Positions 51,414 to 63,018 of a DNA stretch of 64,000 nt are shown here, piece by piece. How positions within the stretch are numbered: position 1 is the first letter of the stretch; each line of letters starts with the position of its first letter. The DNA lies in contig CM120640.1 of the NCBI GenBank assembly GCA_051362555.1, forward strand, positions 1-64,000. Reading direction: 5' to 3'. The position numbers and the translations under genes were made by a program. The DNA is from Lingula anatina (Eukaryota > Animalia > Brachiopoda). Under the pieces are notes generated by a model. It worked only from the letters and a program-made list of their open reading frames with translations, was not told the origin of the DNA and did not search any database.

Positions 51414-52333
51414 GACAGATCGTGTACATTCTCATCCTTGTGGTGAGGATACCAAGCACTGGAAAGATGTTAAATTGTATTTACTGGAACTCTAGTATAA
51501 TTTGTAGATAATTTTAATGGTAGAAAGTATGATAAAAATACGAATTTTACCTATCAGGTATGTATAATTCCTATTTATTTATAATAATATGATTAAATTA
51601 TTTTCATTTTACGTTTTCTCTGCATCCATCCTTTTAATTCATTGTTTATTAGGTAATATGCAATTTTTAATGAGATAGGCCTACTACCATGAAACTTATT
51701 TACCAATAATTTTTTATAAAATCATAAAAGAAATGAATAAAGCGTCAAAAATTAGCACATAAGTAATTTAGTCTCATATGGAATTTTGGGGTTAAAATAC
51801 GTGTCCAATGCAAACCTTGTCAATAAGTGTAAACTCTTGACAACAAACGCAAAATATTTTTTTTATATATATAATGATTTATCATCAAGACATTTAAAAT
51901 GCATGCATGACAAAATGCGAAAAAAAAAATTATTCGCCAAAATAGGCCACCATGCTACGCCTATTTTATTACGGTTGCTTGCAACCTTTCATGTTTTCGA
52001 ATGTTTGCGACCAGTAAGAAACTTGTTATCAACCAAGTGGCTTAAGACCGTCAACGGACCATGCAGTTACAAGTGGTGTGCGACTGCTTTTAGTCTGGTT
52101 ATAGGGAACTACTGGCAACCAAGAGTGGACCGATAGGCAATCTTTGGGATATTGATATTTTTAATTTTCAGTCGCAATGGTTGTCGGTGCACAAAAATGG
52201 CCTTCAAGTGTCTTCGATCGCTGACGACTTGTTAAGAACGTTATCCGACCACTAAAATCCTATGACAATCTCCTCGCGACTGGTTGGAAAAAGGTTGCCA
52301 AAAGGTTGAAAACCGCAATGTGACCCAGGCTTT
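50990..52333. mobile_element. Possible decayed Harbinger-like non-autonomous element
   Basis: The right end gcaatgtgacccaggcttta weakly inverts with gccttgggtctcaaact near 50990. Both subterminal regions are rich in gcgac(c/t)ggtt motifs. Confidence 0.35.
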
Positions 52334-52747
52334 AATGAGTGCTGTGTTTCCTTCGTTTTAGCCTTATTATGACTGACGCTTTCAGAAACTGTGAGGGGCC
52401 TTAATGCACGTGTCCCCACCCCTGCGCCTGTGTCTCTGCACGCTCATTTGCGCCATGCTGTGTGTCGTGTCTTCCTTCACCCTAGCAGCCCCATCCCAAC
52501 ACACTCATACCTGTGTGAAGTCGTGTCTGCCTTGACCCTAGCAGCTCCACCCAAACACACATACATGGTGTGTGACATCGTGTCTTCCTTGACCCTAGCG
52601 GCCCGACCCAAACACATATGGGTTTGTGAAGATTGCCATGTGCTGCAACCACCAACGCACATCACACAGCGGCCCATCCCAAAATACTGTGTCACGTAGC
52701 CAGATAAATACTGTGCGCGCCGCGTCCACTTCATTTTAACCTCCAAT

Positions 52748-53342
52748 ATGAAGGTCTTGATAGTCGTTCTGCTGATTGGTATGTTTATTTTAGCTTAGGA
52801 ATAGGTTAAAATGGGAAGTCCATCTTAAGCATAATTTAGATTGGGAATAAGCTAAAATGGCGAATACATGTTAAAAGGGAAGTATTACTACAGGTTGGGA
52901 ATAAGTAAAAATGGGAAATCCATGTCAAGCCACAGCCGTCCACTCTCTTCTTCTGCTTTTCTTGAAGTGGGTGTTATTCACTAATAATTCTGTATATTCG
53001 GAATTGAATGTTTAATCTATGACTACTACCTGTATACTGCGACATATTTTCCCCATAAAGCATATTTCTAAACGTGGGAAAATTATTTACAAGGCGTGGC
53101 GTTAGCCGCCGAGGAGAAGAAGCCATTCAGTTGGTTCTGCAACTACTACACGGCAGATAGGGATTGTAGCAAGACTTTGGTCAAATTCAAAGTGTGTGAC
53201 GGAGATGGAAACGAGTATGCCAGCAGGTCTGTATAAAATGCGTGCGTGTGGGTGCACGGTGAACTGTGTGACAAATACAATGTGTATGTGCGTATGGTAG
53301 GCTGTTTTTAAAATGAGTGAGCGTGCGTGCTTGTTTAATTTG

Positions 53343-53387
<45 letters not shown>

Positions 53388-56176
53388 TTATTAAGCCAAT
53401 AAAATACAAATGTATAAAATCGGGAATCTTTTGCCCTGTAGTAGCGCCATTGAAATATAAAAAAAATGAAAATTAAAATTACATGTTAGAGTTAAAAATA
53501 GTTACTGCCGAAGGATAAAAGCTATTTAAAAATCGCTTACTACCCTTAAAAGCTAAGAGTCTCGAATTGCTAGGTAAAAATTTAAAAAGGGTATGGGCTG
53601 GATGGGAACTGTCTGTCATTATTGATAATGTTTTCTTTTTAGTCCTGTCTAGATATATAGTATGGACGGGAGTTAGATCTGTTCCAATTACAATCCCTGC
53701 AGTTTCGACGATCTTTTCCAACTTGTTCCTCTCCTCCACAGTTGCACGTCCATACCAAACAGTTACTGAATAAGTTAAGATACTCTCTAAAACACACCTG
53801 TAAAAGTTCGTTAAAATAAACACATTTCTGGTAAAAGCTTTCAATTTCCTTAAGAAATACATGTACATTCGTTGACGTGCCTTTTTCAATAGCTTCGTGA
53901 TGTTATCGCCCCAGGTTAACCTATTATTCAGCTGAACCCCTAGTAATTTATAATTAGAAACCTGTTCGACCGCTTTACCGTTAACTTCCAAGGGATTTTT
54001 ACTTATCTGATTTCTTCTGAAGTCTATGATCATTTCTTTTGTTTTGCTCACATTTAATATCAAGTCATTGTCTGTGCACCAATTTACTAAACTTGTAACC
54101 GACTGCCTGTATGACATCTCATCATTATGGTGTATCAAGCCGACTAAAGTTGTGTCATCGGCAAACTTCATTAAAAATGTATTTTCCTCCCTCGCCACAC
54201 AGTCGTGGGTGAATAACGTATATAAACAAGGTGATAAGACGCAGCCCTGGGGTGTGCCAGTGTTTAAAACTATAGTGTCCGAGAAGTTAAAACCGACTTT
54301 TACTGACTGTTTTCTGTTTAAAAGAAAATCTAAAATCCAATCGCAGAGTGCTGGTGGAAAATTAAGATCATCCAAAAGTTTAAAATACAATTTGCTTGGT
54401 ACAATAGTATTAAATGCTGAGCTATAGTCAACAAATAAAATTCTAACATAGGCATTTTTACAATCAAGATGTTCGAGAACTTTGTGTAAACACATAGAAA
54501 GAGCATCGTCTACACTTCTGTTACTGCGGTAGGCAAATTGGAGTGGATCAAAGCTATTTGGCACTAAGGTTTTAATAAAAGACAGAACAAGTTTTTCGAA
54601 TATCTTCATAGGCACCGGTGTCAAAGCAACAGGACGGAGATCATTTAAATTCTCTACAGTTTTACTTTTTGGCACAGGTATGATGGTTGCTGTCTTCCAT
54701 ATTTCAGGCACTCTGCACATTTCAATTGACCAGTTGAATATTTCCGCGAACACATCTGAAAGCTGGGCTGCGCATTCCTTTAAAAGTCGTGATGTTATAC
54801 CGTCAGGGCCTGGAGCTTTCCTGGTGTTTAAAGCCGAGAAATAACACTTGACTTGCCATGATTGAATAGTAAATGGCGGCACGCGCTCCCCTAGGGTTGG
54901 TGTGTGGACCTGAGTGTGGTTGGTCCTATCAAAACGAGAATAAAACTCATTCAACTTGTATGAGTGAACGTGTAAAATAAGTGAATGTGTGCGTTGTTGT
55001 ATGTGAATAAAATGAGTGTGTGCGCGCACATGGTTGTATGTGTGAACGTGCAAAATGAGAGTGTGTATTGTTGTATGTGAATAAAATGAGTGAAGGTGCG
55101 CTTGTTTGTATGTGTGAACGTGTAAAATGAGTGAGTGTGCATTGTTGTATGTGAATAAAATGAGTGTGTGCGCGCACATGGTTGTAGGTGTGAACGTGTA
55201 AAATGAGTGAGTGTGTATTGTTGTATGTGAATAAAATGAGTGTATGTGTACATGGTTGTATGTGTGAAAGTATAAAATAAGTGTGTTCTCAAGGCTTATG
55301 TGCATAAAATGAATGTATGTCTTAGCATGGTTGTATTTGTACAAAAAGTGTGTGTGTGTGTGTGTGTGTGTGTGCGTACGGTTGTATGTTTGAAACGAGA
55401 GTGTGTGCGCGCGCATGTGTATTAAAAAACGTGTGCGCGTATGTTTGTATGCGTGAAGGGCGGGACAGACTTCCAAAGACATCTTCGATATTAAGTTTCC
55501 CGAATTTTCATAACTTTCCACAAATGCTGCCTGCGGGCGTTGAAATGGAGGTACACAAAATGGTCATGTTTATTATTTTGTTTGACAATAAATGAACAAG
55601 CAAGTTTGATATATTTTTTATTTAAATAAGAATATATTTGCTAAGAAGTGTTTTATACGATTAACGCCTTTTTTCATACTGCAGTTGCGATTTCTACAAA
55701 GCAGCTTGCGCCAACGCTGAAATCGGTTCTATGAAGAGGTGTCAAACAACCAACACAGCAACAACTGGTGATAAACAGCCATCAAGATTCTGCCAGGCTC
55801 TGGCAGAGGGAAAAGCCTGCCCGAAGTGGATGACTTACAAGTTTTTTAAGATGTGTGGCTCTGACGGCAAGGTTTACGCCAGCAGGTATGTATGATGAAA
55901 ATATTTCCTCAAAGTGCAACAATATAAACATGTCCTCGTAAAAAACGGAATATTGTTCAAGTCACTAAGCCTATTAAATGCTAAATTTCTTAGGATTTTA
56001 ATTTTAATCAAAGCAAATAAAAAGAGGGGCTTTAACGTGTTCTGTGATTGCTAAACCTCAGATGTGAAATGGAGACTGCCAAGTGCAGCACCGGCACCCT
56101 CACCTTCAAGTACATGAAAGGGGGCGACTGTGGCGTGAACCCCGACGGCAGCGGAGACGGCGGAGATAAAGAGTAG
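52748..56176 (+). CDS. Secreted atypical Kazal protein, gene 3 (4 exons, 159 aa, 2 domains; module B paralog)
   Basis: Exons 52748-52778, 53094-53226, 55685-55885 and 56062-56176 (480 nt, GT..AG, phases 1/2/2). The protein reads MKVLIVVLLIGVALAAEEKKPFSWFCNYYTADRDCSKTLVKFKVCDGDG...MCGSDGKVYASRCEMETAKC...DGSGDGGDKE. There is an aataaa at about 56285. Confidence 0.85.
53345..54955 (-). mobile_element. 5'-truncated LINE (Rex1/Babar-like RT) in intron 2 of gene 3
   Basis: Open RT frame LNEFYSRFD...KAPGPDGI...RPVALT...LQFAYR...VDYSSAFNTI...GTPQGCVLSP...FADD, with its stop at 53479. A (TTA)n tail lies at 53346-53387, and ttgtat is a possible short TSD. Confidence 0.88.
54956..55450. repeat. Degenerate GT-rich tandem repeat
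   Basis: gtatgtgtgaacgtgtaaaatgagtg and ttgttgtatgtgaataaaatgagtg units recur, followed by (TG)n. Confidence 0.8.
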
Positions 56177-56279
56177 ATCCTCCTGGCAAGGACACCTACA
56201 TAAACCAGTCCAGTGGGAATTAATTTATGTATGATTGGTTCGTCTGAGTAATATTACTGTATTAATGTGTCTGCCAATT

Positions 56280-57200
56280 ATAAGAATAAACAAATCAATA
56301 TTTACAATCGCTCTTTTCTGTTTGATAACTTATTAACATTAACAGGTCAATTTTAATTGTTTTATCCATTTTTTACCTATAAAGATTAAACAGGTAATAT
56401 TAAGACTCGTTTCTGTTTGCTTACTCATTTATAATAAACAGGCCAATTTTAATTGTTTTTATCCATTTGTTCACTCGTTAAAAATAAACAGATCAATAAA
56501 CTTACGAATAAACAAGCTAATATTCATCGTTTTCATCCGTTTGCTCATTTGTTAAGAATAAACAGGTCATTATAGTTTTATCCACTTGCTAACTCGTTAA
56601 TGAACAGGTCAATATTTACAGAAATTGGACGATTTGTGACCTAGATTTTATGATTAATTTATCAATTAATGGATCACCACCAATCTAAGAATTTCTTCAC
56701 TAATTTTTGATCCTTTCTGTACATTTCAAAATTTGTACAAATTACCTAAAAATTTCATCAAAATCTGACAAGACAAAGACAAACAGGTTGCAAAACTACA
56801 TCCTCCTTGATAGAGGTAATTGACAGGTCAATCTTTACAGTCGTTTTTATCTCTTTGCTAAATCATAAAGAATGAACAGGAAATCTTTAAAGCCGTTTTC
56901 ATCTCTTTGTGAAATCATTAAGAATAAACAATTTTTATAATCGTTTTTATCCGCTCGCTTACTAGTACGCGTTAAGAATGAACAGGCCATTCTTGTTTTT
57001 ATCCAATTGCAAACTTGATGAGAATAAACAGATCATTACAGTTTTATCCATTTGCTAACTCATTTATAAACAGTCTTTTAAATGCGTTTTCTCACTCGTT
57101 AAGAAAAAACAGATCAATCTTGCAGTTGTTTTTATCCATATGCTAACTCGTTAATTATAAGTTACTCATCAATAATAAACAGGTCAAATTCTACAGTTTT
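56280..57200. repeat. Degenerate ~50-60 bp tandem repeat starting at the poly(A) signal of gene 3
   Basis: aagaataaacaggtcaat...gttttatccatttgct.actcgtt recurs more than 12 times. Confidence 0.7.
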
Positions 57201-57665
57201 TTTTATGTTTGTTAGCAGTATAATTCGCTGTATAATTCTTTGTTTATTCTACTCTAACATTTGATAACTGTTGATGCATAAAAATAAAACACTTAGTGCC
57301 CAAAAATAAAAACATTAACTTCTGAAAGCTTTATTTATTGTTATCATTTGAGTTATTTTCTTGGCAAGCTTTTTACAGAATTTACACCATGGCATATGAC
57401 TCTGCCACACAGATCAATGGTAAACTTAGGAAACATAAGACCTACAGATATTACAAGCAATTTTTACATGAATTTAGAGCTTAAAAGCTATGAAACAAGT
57501 GCACAATATAAAGGTGTCTGTTCTCCAGCTGAGGGCAACATGGATCCACAGACCTATATATAATTTTTAAAGGTTCATCTCTTCTAAGTACATGTGTAAA
57601 AGCTCATAAAACTGACCAATCTCTGAACACATCCCATGTAACCTAGGCCTTCACACACAATAACA

Positions 57666-57990
57666 CTGACAGGAGCATGTCCCATGTACTGACACTTAGG
57701 CCTCCATGTGGGATAAAGCTGACAGGAGCATGTCCCATGTACTGACACTTAGGCCTCCACGTGGGATAAAGTTGACAGGAGCATGTCCCATGTACTGAAA
57801 CTTAGGCCTCCACGTGGGATAAAGCTGACAGGAGCATGTCCCATGTACTGACACTTAGGCCTCCACGTGGGATAAAGTTGACAGGAGCATGTCCCATGTA
57901 CTGAAACTTAGGCCTCCACGTGGGATAAAGCTGACAGGAGCATGTCCCATGTACTGACACTTAGGCCTCCACGTGGGATAAAGCTGACAG
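57666..57990. repeat. 53-bp minisatellite x6
   Basis: Unit ctgacaggagcatgtcccatgtactgacacttaggcctccacgtgggataaag. Confidence 0.95.
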
Positions 57991-59148
57991 GAAAATGGAC
58001 ATATGAACAACTTCTACATTATCACATGAATCTCTGAAATAAGCATCATTGCACATGACTAAATTTATTTACAATTATATTTTGCACTTTTCATCAAATT
58101 ACAACTGAAATACCAAATTACACAGCTCCCTATAACAAATTACTTCCTCTTGATCCAAGAAATAATTTCTATCTTTAACTAAATGTGTGCTGAACAGTTC
58201 ATCACTTTAAGTGTAAAATTCTAAGATACAGAATTCAGTGTAAGTTTTTTGGTTTGGAAACCTTCAAATTATATCTACCACTGCACATTTATCCCACATT
58301 TTCTGTGATTTTTCTTGAAAAAAGGCTCTGATACAAGTGCTGCAAAAATTTCTTTACCTTTAAGTTTCTCACTTAAGGCACAGTTTATCCTTATAACAAT
58401 GTTTCACATGTTAAAATCAGCAACATACATGTAACAATTTAGAGTCAGAACTACCAAAATGACATGTACTTGAGCAGTTAATCAACATACTTCACAGACA
58501 GCTAGCTTATGTACTAGGAAAGTTGAACAGAAAATGTTTACCACACCATGTCTTTGTCTTATCATTATCAACCATACCATAACCAATACCAGCAGTTACC
58601 TCTGACATTATGCAGTATCATAACAAATTAAGGCATTCACCATAAAATTTAATTGAAAAGAGATTCCACTTTTAATTTGTTATAATTAAACAAGTATATC
58701 TACAATCATGGCTAACTTAAGTATTAAACAGGTCTGACTTTGTTAAAACACTGAAGGTAATGAGAGATGAGAAGACAGGGTTACACCTACTCTGAACACA
58801 TCAAATTATCTAAAACAGGGTGTCTTGGTGGCACTTCTATAACCATTTAAAAACATTCAAATAATGGAGGTGTTCCCTGTTACAACAACATAAAATATAA
58901 ACGAGCCACAGAAAAAGATCAATCCCAATGCCTCTTTCCACAGCCTGTGTGGGTGAGCGGGACCAGCCTGTGTGGGTGAGCGGCACCAGCCTCTGTGGGT
59001 GAGCGGGACAAGGTCTTACATAGTGATAAACCCAAAAATTACTCTTTACATTAAACAAGACATTAGTAAAATAACAAGAACATTTATTAACATATTTAAC
59101 ATAATTAGACTTGCAAAATTTTTTCCCTGTGTAAAGTAATAGACTGAA

Positions 59149-59600
59149 CATGACAAACCTTGAACTAAACCATGATTTCATCTTCATGACCCCCGTGACA
59201 AAGCATGAACTAAACCATGATTTCATCTTCAAGACCCCCGTGACAAACCATGAACTAAACCATGATTTCATCTTCATGACCCCTGTGACAAACCATGAAC
59301 TAAACCATGATTTCATCTTCATGACTCCCATGACAAAGCATGAACTAAACCATGATTTCATCTTCATGACTCCCATGACAAAGCTTGAACTAAACCATGA
59401 TTTCATCTGATGACTCCCGTGACAAAGCATGAACTAAACCATGATTTCATCTTCATGACTCCCATGACAAAGCATGAACTAAACCATGATTTCATCTTCA
59501 TGACTCCCATGACAAAGCTTGAACTAAACCATGATTTCATCTGATGACTCCCGTGACAAAGCATGAACTAAACCATGATTTCATCTTCATGACTCCCATG
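59149..59600 (-). repeat. 45-bp minisatellite x10 spanning the last codons and stop of the myosin IX gene
   Basis: Minus-strand unit catgggagtcatgaagatgaaatcatggttTAGttcatgctttgt. The first copy encodes HGSHEDEIMV-stop. Confidence 0.92.
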
Positions 59601-61942
59601 CTTTAGCTTTAAGGGTTGTTGTTTGAAAGTGAAGTAATTGTCTACTGATATTTTTCTCAATCTTTCCCTTTTCCCAGTCCTCATCTTTGCATAGTCAATA
59701 CTGAGGCTGCGATACCGTGACGGAAGACGTTTATTTGGCCCAGATGGCCTCTGTTTGATTATGTGCCTTAGTCTGTAAGATGGACTCACTGGAAGAATAA
59801 TTGACATTTACTACATTACAGAAGAATACTTTCTCGAAGATTCAATGTCAACATTAGTACAAGCAAGGCTTTGGATTTGTTATTCTGTTGTTATTTGTTT
59901 GGTTTCTTTTGCTTACAAACTGAAAAGCTCTAAAGCAGCAAAGCTTATCCTGCTCACAATAATTTAATGCTTCTAACATCTATGTCAGGATGAAGTGCTT
60001 TGGTTCAAATTAATTTGCTTAACAATACATCTATTTTAAGCTACTGACTTAGTAGAAAAGGTATTAGTTATATGTAAATTCTAGTAATGTTTTTATGTAA
60101 GGATTATAACTAATATCTCTAGTATAAGTGACTATTAATCCATGCAGCATGCTAACCAATGTCAGTGAGGTCAGACATAATTTGAAACATACAGAATCTA
60201 GAAGTACACCTCAACACTGTAAGTAAGGAACAAGGACAAGTGTATAAATATTTTCAATTATTTGGAAACTAAAATGGGAAATACCAAATCTTCAAATTTA
60301 TCTTGTTATGATAATAATTACAAACAGATACAAAAATCTGATAAAATAAATTTTCTTTGGGTTAAAAATATACTAAATAATACAAAAGTATCAGATGCAC
60401 ATTTTGTTGCATGCAGCATACACAAGATGCTAAGAAATAAGCCACTGCAGGCAGTAGCATGGCATAGCAACATGCATATTGTTTTCAGACAGAAAGGTTA
60501 AAGGTCAACCATCACCTGTGAAAGTGCAGAGAACGCACTTTAGTCTTCATTCAGAGATACTCATTCACCTGGCTGGTCAAAGGTCACAGCATATTCCTCA
60601 GAATTCATGGCCTCATCCAGGTCATCCATGGAGTCCGTTGCACTTTCCAGATCATCTCCACTCTCCAGGAGTTCATCATCTGAGCTGAGACGGGGCTCTA
60701 GATATGGAAGGCTGGAGGTCAACACTTGTCTGAAATACACACAAATATTATATGTCTACATATGGAAGGTTGGAGGTCAACACTTATCTGAAACACACAC
60801 AAATATCATATGTCTAGATATGGAAGGCTGGAGGTCAACACTTATCTGAAACACACACAAATATCATATGTCTAGATATGGAAGGCTGGAGGTCAACATT
60901 TGTCTGAAACACAAATATCATATGTCTAGATATGGAAGGCTGGAGGTCAACACTTATCTGAAACACACACAAATATCATATGTCTAGATATGGAAGGCTG
61001 GAGGTCAACGCTTATCTGAAACACAAACAAATATCATATGTCTAGATATGGAAGGCTGGAGGTCAACACTTATCTGAAACACACACAAATATCATATGTC
61101 TAGATATGGAAGGCTGGAGGTCAACAATTGTCTGAAACACACACAAATATCGTATGTCTAGATATGGAAGGCTGGAGGTCAACAATTGTCTGAAACACAC
61201 AAATATCGTATGTCTAGATATGGAAGGCTGGAGGTCACTTGCCAATTTTTTCTTGGACTTACTTTTCTTTTTTTTTTAAACTTATTAAGTTATTTGTTCT
61301 TGGACTTACTTTTCTTTTTCTAAGGACCAGATTTGTTCTGATAAGGATTTTTCCTCCATTTTCATTTCTCTTTCAATCTTGGATTCAATGGTTGCTTCAC
61401 CACTCACACTGCCCTGTAATGTTATTGCATATAGGACAGGATATGTTACTTTATTACATAAACTGTCTGTACACACACTTTAATTAAATCAAAGAATAAA
61501 TAAAGACGGACATTAAGCTAACCTTAGATTTTATACTAGTGTCCATACCTTGCTCAGGACCTGATATCCCATGATCAGAGAATAAAGAAAAGACTGTTAC
61601 CAGTTTACCCTGGACTTTGTACTAGTGTCCATATCTCAAGACCTCATATTTTATAATCAAGGAATAAATAAAAGATAGACGTCCAGTTTACCTTAGACTT
61701 TGTCCTCATGCTGGCTCGCAGGACTGACAGACGTTCATCAGCAGAGGCTCGTGCATTTTCCAAGGTGGCGATATCTTTTAAACTGTTCTTTAGTTTCTGG
61801 AGTTGTTCTTGGAGGATATAATCTATGCATCTGAATGGAAATTTATCACATTTATCAAAGAAAGATATGACTGAGCAGTGAGCCACCTAAAATGGTATTT
61901 CCTGTCATTTTAGGTTCTTTCTCTTTTTTTATCTCAACCTCT

Positions 61943-62009
<67 letters not shown>

Positions 62010-62972
62010 TGTGTGTGTGTGTAACACATGACTATCATTGAATCCTATTGTGCTAACAAAGATACCACTATAAAATGGTCATAAACAGATAGCTAGTAGT
62101 ATTTACTGGGTCTGTATGGATATGAACAGAGAGCTAGTAGTACTTACTGGGTCTGTTTAGGAACATGGCTGAGACTTTCCTGGGCAGGCATTTGTTTGTT
62201 TGTTTTCAGCACACAAGGCGCAAAAATAATGGCAAGACTATTCACAGACATTTTGTTGGATTCTTCATGGAAAGCCACCCTGCAAAATGTGATGTGCATA
62301 GCATAAGAATAAGCACTTGCTATATTTCATCTATACACTGTTAAACCACAGAAATTAATGCTCAAAGAGAGAAAGAATGCTGTTGTCCATCAAAAGTATG
62401 CTGTTTCATGATGACCAGAACCATAATGCTGTAATACATAAGAATAAGCACTTGCTATATTTCATCTATAAACTGTTAAACCACAGAAATTAATGCTCAA
62501 CGAGAGAAAGAATGCTCTTGTCCATCAAAAGTATGCCATTCCATTATGATCTGAACCATAATGCTGTAATACCAGGTCAGTTCATTTGTCTGCTTGAAAC
62601 ACTTAAGCTTAACAATGAGTTTCACTCTATACAGTCATTCTGCATTATTCACTTTGTTTCATACCCCTAGGTTAAGGCTTTCCATGCTTCCTTACCTAGC
62701 TAAATGAAAGATGAGTCTTTCAAAGAGGTCAAAGTTGTGCTTTGGTAGCCTTTCAATCACAGCATACAAGGCTTGGGTGCAGTCTTTATCATCATGGGAG
62801 TCTGGAAAATAAGGAACAATGATGATATTTATTGTGAGTCTGAAATCCAAATTTGTTCAGTAGATTTTACACACATACGGTCTTGCACGCGCTCACACGT
62901 ACATGCACACACACACATAGAATGCTATGTTTGGCTTACCTGTAGCCTGAAGAAAGTCATCATACAGCTCAA

Positions 62973-63018
<46 letters not shown>

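Noticed and set aside
54956-55521. His/Thr-rich N-terminal extension fused to RT in the 680-aa ORF
   Set aside because: It is a chance open frame through a GT-rich intronic repeat upstream of a 5'-truncated LINE. RT homology starts at LNEFYSRFD.
58837-59430. Repeat-protein ORFs on both strands (197 aa and 86 aa)
   Set aside because: These are translations of the 45-bp array lying downstream of the myosin IX stop codon.
29146-62022. Simple microsatellites and homopolymers: (TA)n near 29146, 35300 and 45243; (CA)n near 40390; poly-T near 44578; (TTA)n near 51371; (TG)n near 61946
   Set aside because: These are ordinary low-complexity sequence, and the short ORFs that cross them are artefacts.
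62300-62572. About 137-bp tandem duplication in a myosin IX intron
   Set aside because: It is real but wholly intronic, so it was not counted among the boundary-anchored duplications. It is a counter-example showing a high background duplication rate.
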